A DNA stretch of 63,986 nt, counting the filler, from Barthelona sp. PAP020 (taxonomy: Eukaryota): the NCBI GenBank assembly GCA_040182905.1. It is 9 parts of 9 records of this genome, joined end to end, with 100 filler letters (N's around TTAATTAATTAA, not from the genome) between each part and the next. Parts side by side here need not be neighbours in the genome. Positions count along the whole stretch, not along the records: positions 51,671 to 58,884 come from JARQWU010000504.1; positions 58,985 to 63,986 come from JARQWU010000633.1; 7 more parts are not named here. The stretch is one strand, 5' to 3'. The translations under genes and the position numbers were made by a program. The notes under the pieces are model-generated. The model was given only the letters and a program-made list of their open reading frames with translations. It made no database searches and was not told the DNA's origin. How positions within the stretch are numbered: position 1 is the stretch's first letter; every line of letters begins with the position of its first letter. Of the stretch, positions 52,542 through 60,644 are shown piece after piece.

Positions 52542-53222
52542 TCAGTCCTTGTGATATTGACAATTTCCCAACTGTAAAGAATGATCTTCCTTGTGAATAA
52601 AAGTAATACAATTGAAAAAAGTGCATAAATCCAACAACTTTGCACGAAGCTGACAGACATAAGAATTTCGGTCAATAGGATCAAAACAACGTAATAAAGG
52701 TTCAATACCTATGATACAAATCAAAGCGGGAGGATACCTGAATAAATAATGCACATCACTCATAATATCAAAAATTTCTTTTAATCTAAAAGGAGTAAAT
52801 ACATATATTTTGTCCAAATCTATTTTAATATGACGACTAATGAAGGGTTCTAACATTGTTGACGGTGCTAATAAATTTAAGCAATTAAAAATGTGAAGAA
52901 AATTATTGCTATTCAACTGTTGTGCATATCTAACACTTAATTGTGCAACAAATTTCGTACTACAATCATAAAATTCAACGACACTACATTTTTGAAACCT
53001 TCCTGATGTTTTATACAATTCATTTACTCTTTGAGGAGATTTTAATCCAGTAAAAGTAACCAATTTTTTTCTAAATTTCAAAATTTCTGCAATACTACAA
53101 TCAAGAATTTGATTTAAAGCTTGAATATCAAACTCAAAAAAATCTCTCACTGAATAACAGTTCATATTCTCCAAAAGGTCAATTTGTTTTTTCGAAAATA
53201 TTGAAGTGTCCAATAAACGCAT
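52542..53222 (-). CDS. Divergent RAD51-paralog (RAD51D-like) lacking Walker motifs
   Basis: N-terminal YSVRDFFEFDIQALNQILDCSIAEILKFRKKLV..VNELY resembles RAD51D; RecA-fold strands VVEFY, LDKIYVFTPF, PALICIIGI. Confidence 0.55.
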   Translation of the reverse strand: MRLLDTSIFSKKQIDLLENMNCYSVRDFFEFDIQALNQILDCSIAEILKFRKKLVTFTGLKSPQRVNELYKTSGRFQKCSVVEFYDCSTKFVAQLSVRYAQQLNSNNFLHIFNCLNLLAPSTMLEPFISRHIKIDLDKIYVFTPFRLKEIFDIMSDVHYLFRYPPALICIIGIEPLLRCFDPIDRNSYVCQLRAKLLDLCTFFNCITFIHKEDHSLQLGNCQYHKD

Positions 53223-53399
53223 AAAACTTGGCTTAAATATCAGTGAAATCAAAAAGAAAACAGTTGATTCAATTTACTAACTAAAACATTTTATTAACAT
53301 CATTCTATTGGAATCAATGTGTTTCAAAAAATTAAAACAAAACAACTTTTGTTTCCATTTGATAAATGACAAAAAATAAATATTTACTCTTTCATTCAT

Positions 53400-55223
53400 T
53401 CAATGCGGTGATTGAAATTTTTGTTTAACAAAATTTTTTTCACCAACTGACATTCTCGTTGCATTACACAATTGATCACCTTGTTTGATGAAATGCTTCA
53501 AAGAATCTTTTCTGTTTTTTTTTTTTCCTGACAGCTTAATAATTGGTGAAGTTGCACTTCTAGCCTTTAAATGTACTTTAAATTGATTTTTTTGAGGCTT
53601 TATGTTAATTTTTTCAACTTTTTCAATTTTTTCAATTTTATCCACTTTTTCATCAACAAAATTAACTTTTTTGTTTGAAATAGATGGCTTAATTTTTGTT
53701 GCAGCCATTATTTCATCATCTTCTTTGTTTGATACTATATTTTCAGGAACAGAATTCTTTTTCTCCACATCATATTCATTTGAAGTCTTCAATTTTTTTG
53801 ATTCAGGTATTTCTGACAAATTCTTCTCAATTTTCATTTTCTTTTCATTTTTTTCAACATTTAAAACTTCAATATGTACATATTCATCATCATTTACCAA
53901 CAATACAGGTTCTTTCTTTTTTTTCGATTTTTCGTTTTGATCTGATGTTTTTTTCTGATTTTTCAATGTTTTCTTCTCTTTACTCAATTTCTTGCCTTTT
54001 GTAGTTTTTAAGTTTGTTGAATTCAAATTACGGTCCTCAAACAAAATTTTCCTCAAAATTTTTTTAGAATTCTTTTCCAAGCTGGTTCCAGATGAACTTT
54101 CAAAAATTAATTTGTATTGTGGTGAAGTTTTATCCAACAATTGATTTCGTTCAATCATTTGTTCACCATATAACTCAATATCTATCTCCAAATCTTCAAG
54201 AGTTTGCTCACTAATTGGTGGAAGTAAAATGAAATGAAATTGAGGAGTTTGTTCTTCATCTTCCTTGGAACTATTAACTGTATGTGCAAATTCTTCAATT
54301 GCAAACAATTGATCATATTCTTCCCAATAACAAATTCCCTTTCTGAATGATTTGGTAAAACAAACTTCACTAATATCAGATGGCAAACTGCCAAATCTTG
54401 ATAATATCAGTTTTTTTGACTGATAACTATATAAACTAGCTATACATTCAATATTTTCCTGATCAAATTCTTCTTTCTTTGCCAATTGCCTTTTCGAAAC
54501 AATAACTATTTGGGACAAAATAGTTCCAACCATAACAATTTCTTCTCCTTGTATATCAACTTCCATTTTATCAATTTTATGTTGGGAACTTGAATAAAAA
54601 TAGAAATTCTTTTCGTTAAAAAGAATAACGTTATCTTTCACCCTCAACATTCCCTTAACCTTATCATCGTTTGGAACTCTAACATTGAATGGATGAGATA
54701 TACGTTCTCCATTCAAAGTTACTGTTCTTTTCATCACCTTATTATTTTCAATTGTTATTAGCAAATATTCTGAATATTTTCCCACTGCATCTCTCCTCTC
54801 AACAGTAATGACTTCACAATCTTTGATAACACCCTTGAATTTTTTTTCATTTAAAACTTCTAATTTTTCATCACTTAAAAAGAAACAACGACCATCTTCA
54901 TAAATTGCAAATAAAAATGAGGAATTAGGAGAAAATGACACTTTGAGAATTGGACCATTTGGCAATAAACATGAGTGTAACAAAGGAAATGTAAAACTGT
55001 TGAAGTCCTCTTCAACAACATACAAATTATTATTTTCTGTTAACACAGTTATATAACCATCTTCGCATATACTTGTTTGCAAAATATTTTCGGGAAATGT
55101 ACAAACAAGTTTTAGATTTTCGATTGATTTCTCAAAAACGATTGCAAAAAGATTATTACCTTTAAAACAATACATAACTCGATTATTGTTCGGAGATAAT
55201 AAAATTCTCTGATTGAAATACAT
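53400..55223 (-). CDS. Beta-propeller-like protein with charged Lys/Glu-rich C-terminus
   Basis: ILKVSFSPNSSFLFAIYEDGRCFF and similar blades; likely ATG 55223. Confidence 0.6.
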   Translation of the reverse strand: MYFNQRILLSPNNNRVMYCFKGNNLFAIVFEKSIENLKLVCTFPENILQTSICEDGYITVLTENNNLYVVEEDFNSFTFPLLHSCLLPNGPILKVSFSPNSSFLFAIYEDGRCFFLSDEKLEVLNEKKFKGVIKDCEVITVERRDAVGKYSEYLLITIENNKVMKRTVTLNGERISHPFNVRVPNDDKVKGMLRVKDNVILFNEKNFYFYSSSQHKIDKMEVDIQGEEIVMVGTILSQIVIVSKRQLAKKEEFDQENIECIASLYSYQSKKLILSRFGSLPSDISEVCFTKSFRKGICYWEEYDQLFAIEEFAHTVNSSKEDEEQTPQFHFILLPPISEQTLEDLEIDIELYGEQMIERNQLLDKTSPQYKLIFESSSGTSLEKNSKKILRKILFEDRNLNSTNLKTTKGKKLSKEKKTLKNQKKTSDQNEKSKKKKEPVLLVNDDEYVHIEVLNVEKNEKKMKIEKNLSEIPESKKLKTSNEYDVEKKNSVPENIVSNKEDDEIMAATKIKPSISNKKVNFVDEKVDKIEKIEKVEKINIKPQKNQFKVHLKARSATSPIIKLSGKKKNRKDSLKHFIKQGDQLCNATRMSVGEKNFVKQKFQSPH

Positions 55224-55306
55224 TAAAAATACAAAAAAAAATACCTTTAAAAAAAAAAACATTTGCATGTTCATTTATTGAATGAAAGAAACAACGAAAA
55301 CTTGTC

Positions 55307-56341
55307 TCATATGGAAATCTCAATGTCTGTATTGCTATTATTTTCGCTTTGTTCTTCCAATTTTTCTTCCATAAATTCTTTCGATTTGCTGAGTTCATTT
55401 TCTTTTTCAATCTTCTTTGCTGATGGACTCCTGGTCATTTCAGCGTGAGCATCAATCCCATTATGATATTCTAATTCTGAATTTAGGGCTTCAACAACTT
55501 CTTTAGCCAACATTTCAGGTTCTTCAATGTAAGCATAAATTGAACTGTTTAAAATTGGAATGTTTTTACTTTGTTTAAAAGAGTGTCTATAATGACGTTT
55601 CATAAGATCAAATTGTTCTTTTGCAAGAATCAATTTCACTCGGGGACAGTTGCCAGCACATAATTTATATTTTTCTTCAAATCCATTCCAGTCAAAATTT
55701 TCCAATATGTTTCTTAAGGTTCTAAAATATACTCTTAAATTCCTTTGTGTTAAGATTAAATCAAACTGAACTTGAAAACGGTCTACAACTTCGTTACTGT
55801 ACTTTTCAGTCAATTTCTCCAAAACTCTTTCCCTAGTTCCTCCACATTTACAAGGTAAAAATGACCAAAACGTTGGTAAAATTGCAGATCTTTCAGTTGG
55901 ATGATCCACAGATAAACCCTCAGGAGAAAAAACTATCATGGATTCAATTGGTATAATATCATGATAATCATAAAAAACAGCAGCAGCAATCATAACACCC
56001 ATGTCTTGAGCGTAAAAATGAACTGGAAAAGTTCCAATTTCGTTTGAGACTAATAAATGACGATATAAATGTAACCAAAATCGTGCAAAACAATGGGCAT
56101 TTAGTGATGTTTCAACAATAAAATCATCGGAATTGCCATGACCAGGATAATCCCACAATATTAATTGATAATCTTTGGTCAATTTTAATAATTCTTCAAC
56201 AAAATCACTATATAACATCATTTGAGAATTCCAACTATTGAATAAAAATAAAGGTTCCAAATCCACACTTCCAATTGTGCAGTAAGCAACATCAATGTCT
56301 CGTATTGTGACCTTTTTCATATTTTGCTGAAGATATTGCAT
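55307..56341 (-). CDS. Alpha/beta-hydrolase fold protein (divergent active site)
   Basis: LILWDYPGHGNS, nucleophile elbow FYAQDMG, terminal EEPEMLAKEV. Confidence 0.8.
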   Translation of the reverse strand: MQYLQQNMKKVTIRDIDVAYCTIGSVDLEPLFLFNSWNSQMMLYSDFVEELLKLTKDYQLILWDYPGHGNSDDFIVETSLNAHCFARFWLHLYRHLLVSNEIGTFPVHFYAQDMGVMIAAAVFYDYHDIIPIESMIVFSPEGLSVDHPTERSAILPTFWSFLPCKCGGTRERVLEKLTEKYSNEVVDRFQVQFDLILTQRNLRVYFRTLRNILENFDWNGFEEKYKLCAGNCPRVKLILAKEQFDLMKRHYRHSFKQSKNIPILNSSIYAYIEEPEMLAKEVVEALNSELEYHNGIDAHAEMTRSPSAKKIEKENELSKSKEFMEEKLEEQSENNSNTDIEISI

Positions 56342-56796
56342 CTGAAAGTGGCTCTAGAATACTAAAAAAAAAAAAAAGGAAAATTTAGTGCTTCGAACTA
56401 TTTGAGAAGACAAGTCAACAGCATTAGCAGGCTATTAATTTACTTATTGCAATGATATAACGTCCAATTTAATCAATTTTTGACTTTCAAACGAGTTCAA
56501 AGTTATCACCTCCCAATTAAGAATTGACCTTGAAATTCTATGAGATGCAATCACCAAACAAGAAGTTCTTCTCTTTAAAAAGAATACAAATGGTGAACTT
56601 TCTCATGTTTGATAGTCTTTCAACTTTTCTTCACAATGTGTAAAATTTTCAAAATGCCTTCCATATTTTTTTTACTTTTCCAATATTTTTGTTTTGACAG
56701 TATAAATTTATGAACAATGTTGCTATTTGAAATGAAAATGCATCTGAATTTCCCTTTTAAACTTTTTTTTCCTTTAAATTTCACATTCAAAGAATT

Positions 56797-58698
56797 ATGG
56801 CAACCAATTTGATTAAAAGAAAATCTCCTTGGATTAATATATGGTATTCTTATGGAATGTGCCTTCTTGCTTTTTTGGTTTTGGCAGTTCCCGGATTTTT
56901 GAACATTTATTTCTTTCAAAATTTGAAGCCAATATCAATAGGATATGATGATGGGAAAGCTTTGAGTACAGAAACTAATTATACTGTTTTTTTGCATATA
57001 TCGGACACACATCTATCTGTTCTTCCACATTATGCCTCTCATACTAAAACATACAAAAGCTTTATTGAAAAAATTACACCGTCAGTTTTTAAAAATGTAG
57101 ATTTTGTTGTTCATACTGGTGATTTAGCCAATAATTTATTTTATGAACCGTTTAAACACTCTAAACCTACTCTTGAAGAATATGTAATGTATAATGAGAC
57201 TACTTTTAATTTTACAAAACCTTATTATGACATTAATGGAAATCATGATGCCTATGGGGTAACTGATTATGATGATAACAACATATCATTCTATCGTAAA
57301 TATGGGTATATTGCACAAAAATCTGATGATGTTGGAGGAAGAATGTATACATTCCGTCCCAATGAGGAACTTGAATTGGTGTTTATGGATAGCAGTCATC
57401 GTAATCCAGGTTTAGACATGCCATATGATTTTTTTGGTGAAGTTGATCAGGAGCGTTTGAATTTTTTGAACTCTTTAGATAAGAGGTTTAAAGGTCATAG
57501 ATATTTCTTAACTCATCATTCAAGAGCTTTTATTTGGTATAATGATGTTAAAGATGAATTCTTTGATCTTGTTGATGCTCAATTTTCCTATCATTTTTTT
57601 GGACACTTACATTCGTTTGATTCAACATGGCGTAGGCCTGGTTTATATGAGATTGAAGCACCATCTTTGGTCTATGATCATGGTTTTAGAATTACTGCTT
57701 TTTCCAAAGGAATTACAGCTTCTGCTGAAGTCAAAATGAATCAGTATCCTCATATTCTTTTGTTGAATCCCAAAGACTCTCGAGATTTTTCTCCCAAAGA
57801 TGAGTTGAATCACATGACCTATTCATCACATTTTCAAATATTGGCTTTTTCTACCAAACAGGTTGAAGCGGTCACTATTTTTTTTGAAGATTTGATTGTC
57901 AATTGTACGTTTAAGGGTCGAGATTTGTGGGTTGCACCAATAATTCCTTTCACTGATGGTACTCATGAAATCACCATTTGTGCACACGATTCTATTCACA
58001 AAAATTGTGTTGAGCATTTGATTAATATGAAGGGTATTCCGAGTAAATTAAAATCTGGTGGTTATCGTTGGTTGTTTTCTTTTAACTCTGGATGGGCTTT
58101 ACGATTCATTCGTATTTTGAGTTCACTCACAGTTTTTTTCATCAGTTTCAAGTTGTTAAACAAATTTGATGTCATTCCAGTTGTTAAGTATTTTATCATT
58201 GTTAGCACCATTATCATTGGTAGTGGTTATATCACTTTTGGTCATGCTTCAGAAAGTGTAAAAGCTTTTCAATTGCATTGGGGATTATATATTCCAGCAT
58301 ATCAAAAATTAACGGATGGTCATTATTTGATTTTCCTTTCATTGTGTTTTCAATTACTTTCCTTTAACAGTTTAACTGTCAGCCTTGTTTGTCAATTGAA
58401 CAACGATATTAAATCAAAAACAAATTGGTTTTTTACCTTCTTTTTAGATGTAACGGGTATTGTTGCTTTTGCTTATCCTGCTCACAAATATCTTTTGAGA
58501 AACATGTCATTATTATGTTGTGGTATGTTATGGATTGTTATTGGACATGTTGTTTTAAGAGGATGTATTTGGTTTAGGATCATTGAATCATCTGCTAAAG
58601 ATTATAAAATGCAAAAATTCATGGGTAAAATGTATCAAATCAATGAACATTTGCCTTTAATAATTCAAGAACAACCAATCGTCAGTTATTATGCTTGA
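56797..58698 (+). CDS. TMEM62: TMEM62-like membrane metallophosphoesterase
   Basis: HISDTH, HTGDL, GNHD, THH, GHLH motifs; N-terminal TM; Ig-like middle; multi-TM C-terminus. Confidence 0.8.
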   Translation: MATNLIKRKSPWINIWYSYGMCLLAFLVLAVPGFLNIYFFQNLKPISIGYDDGKALSTETNYTVFLHISDTHLSVLPHYASHTKTYKSFIEKITPSVFKNVDFVVHTGDLANNLFYEPFKHSKPTLEEYVMYNETTFNFTKPYYDINGNHDAYGVTDYDDNNISFYRKYGYIAQKSDDVGGRMYTFRPNEELELVFMDSSHRNPGLDMPYDFFGEVDQERLNFLNSLDKRFKGHRYFLTHHSRAFIWYNDVKDEFFDLVDAQFSYHFFGHLHSFDSTWRRPGLYEIEAPSLVYDHGFRITAFSKGITASAEVKMNQYPHILLLNPKDSRDFSPKDELNHMTYSSHFQILAFSTKQVEAVTIFFEDLIVNCTFKGRDLWVAPIIPFTDGTHEITICAHDSIHKNCVEHLINMKGIPSKLKSGGYRWLFSFNSGWALRFIRILSSLTVFFISFKLLNKFDVIPVVKYFIIVSTIIIGSGYITFGHASESVKAFQLHWGLYIPAYQKLTDGHYLIFLSLCFQLLSFNSLTVSLVCQLNNDIKSKTNWFFTFFLDVTGIVAFAYPAHKYLLRNMSLLCCGMLWIVIGHVVLRGCIWFRIIESSAKDYKMQKFMGKMYQINEHLPLIIQEQPIVSYYA

Positions 58699-58884
58699 AA
58701 TCATTTGAAAATGTAAATATTGGAATGGATTTCCTCTCAACCCTTTTTTATTATGTATAGAAAGAATGAAAAAAAAAGATACACAGTTTCTTTTATTGGA
58801 TATTTATGAGGTATGAGTTGTTCAGTGAACAACGAAACGAGTTAGCTTAAGGTTTGGGAAAAACTCATGTGGATTCAGATGCCC

Positions 58885-58984
58885 NNNNNNNNNNNNNNNN
58901 NNNNNNNNNNNNNNNNNNNNNNNNNNNNTTAATTAATTAANNNNNNNNNNNNNNNNNNNNNNNNNNNNNNNNNNNNNNNNNNNN
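58885..58984. other. Artificial contig-joining linker
   Basis: N44-TTAATTAATTAA-N44. Confidence 0.98.
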
Positions 58985-60310
58985 TGTCCTACACCTTCAA
59001 GTACTCCAACTAAATGTGCAATTGGCAATTATTCAAACGTGAATTCTACTGAATGTTCTCTTTGTCCTGCTGGTTATGAATGTTTAGGTGAAGGCGTTTC
59101 AGTTCCGATCGCTGAACAAACTTCATTATTTGAATATATAGTCAAAGGTTTTGGTTTGATAGTGTTAGTCTCAATCATCCTTATTATCGTTGGTTTGATG
59201 TGTAGGCCTGGTACCAAGTTAAGTATTAGTTGTTTAAAATGCCTCTATGAAAAGATTGAAGAAAGTAAAAATTTCCATAATATTTATCAAAGTCTAGAAG
59301 AGAGCCTCATTTCAGATAAGCAGAGAGATATTTTAAAAGGAAGCAAATATAGCGCAGACAATGATAAAATCGATATTTATGATCCTTCATGTGCGAATAG
59401 TGAAAAACTGATGACATTACAAGCACAATCGGATGTTTTAGCAAAAGATGAGAGTGCTACTGAGACGAATAAGGAAGTAAATGAGCACAAAAATAATTTT
59501 ACATGTATCAATAGTGATGATGTAGGTTTACCGTTTTCTAATGAAAAGAGTAGGCTTTATGAAATGGAAATTTTTGAAAATACAACTGTAAATTTAGCAA
59601 AAAATGAGGTATTTGAACAAGAAAATTCAATTAACGGTAAAGTTGATCTCAATCTTGATGTTGTCAAAGTTTGTCACTCAAAAAACGATAATTTTGACCC
59701 AAATCTCAAAATAGAAGTTGAAACTGAAGAAATAAAGCCTTTTTTAGGGAATAAAAACTTTAAAAATTTCAGAAAAATTTTGACTAGCAATAAAAATGTA
59801 CAATTATTTGAAATTCCACGTTGGAATAGTCACGATATCAATTGTATCTATTTGAATAGCACACATGAATATGATAGACCCTATGAAATACTAACCCACA
59901 AAATGATTATTACCTGGGATAATTTAATTGCAGATTATTATAAAATTGGTGGTGTCTTATTGAATGGAGGTGAAGTTTACTTGTTCCATTGTTCCAAAGA
60001 AACAGGTAAGATATTGCGTCATTATCTGATTGGTATAGACAAAAACAACAACAAAAATACTTTTGGAATTCATTCCAATTTATTATCATTATATTGCTAT
60101 GCAATTGTGTATAGCAGAGCCAATAAATTGTTTGGCAATAACGATGCACTCCAAAAGTTCCTCTTTTTATCTGTGTTGAGTGCTCAAGCTTTAAGAATGC
60201 TTGATGATTTGACCATTCATACGGATTACATTGAATTTATTGCCCCAAACAATGGAAGACAAAAAGTAAGAATTGACTTCATTGAGCCTTTGGTAAATGA
60301 AAAAAAATAA
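58985..60310 (+). CDS. 5'-truncated single-pass membrane protein: Cys-rich (GCC2/GCC3, ephrin-receptor-like) ectodomain, TM, putative PARP-like cytoplasmic domain
   Basis: Frame open from the contig start: CPTPSSTPTKCAIGNYS..ECSLCPAGYEC; TM GFGLIVLVSIILIIVGLMC; C-terminal GEVYLFHCS..FLFLSVL..YIEFI. Confidence 0.7.
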   Translation, partial: CPTPSSTPTKCAIGNYSNVNSTECSLCPAGYECLGEGVSVPIAEQTSLFEYIVKGFGLIVLVSIILIIVGLMCRPGTKLSISCLKCLYEKIEESKNFHNIYQSLEESLISDKQRDILKGSKYSADNDKIDIYDPSCANSEKLMTLQAQSDVLAKDESATETNKEVNEHKNNFTCINSDDVGLPFSNEKSRLYEMEIFENTTVNLAKNEVFEQENSINGKVDLNLDVVKVCHSKNDNFDPNLKIEVETEEIKPFLGNKNFKNFRKILTSNKNVQLFEIPRWNSHDINCIYLNSTHEYDRPYEILTHKMIITWDNLIADYYKIGGVLLNGGEVYLFHCSKETGKILRHYLIGIDKNNNKNTFGIHSNLLSLYCYAIVYSRANKLFGNNDALQKFLFLSVLSAQALRMLDDLTIHTDYIEFIAPNNGRQKVRIDFIEPLVNEKK

Positions 60311-60644
60311 CCAAGTTACAATGAGAAGTTTTAATGGATTAAAACCAATCATTTTCAGATGTTCATCTGTTTTTCCAAGCGTGAAACTATCGAAATTCTG
60401 TTGTAAGAACAGCATTTTGGAATTTTCAAGATTAAAGTGTTGTGAGATGTCAGGCTAATGATATACCTCCAAAGAAAACAGATCAAATGCTTGCCTTTCT
60501 TTCAAAAAAAAAAAATGACCATTTTATTGTGTATTAGAAATTATGTTCATTGTAAAGGCTTATTGGTGTATAAATAGTGTATCTATAGGATGTAGTTTTA
60601 GTGTAAATATAACATGTAGTTTTTCTTTTTTATCTTCTGTTTTC

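Noticed and set aside
7382..58984. Eight regularly spaced N-TTAATTAATTAA-N palindromic blocks about every 7.3 kb
   Set aside because: Identical 100-nt six-frame-stop linkers used to concatenate similarly sized contigs; genes are cut at them, so they are not biological repeats
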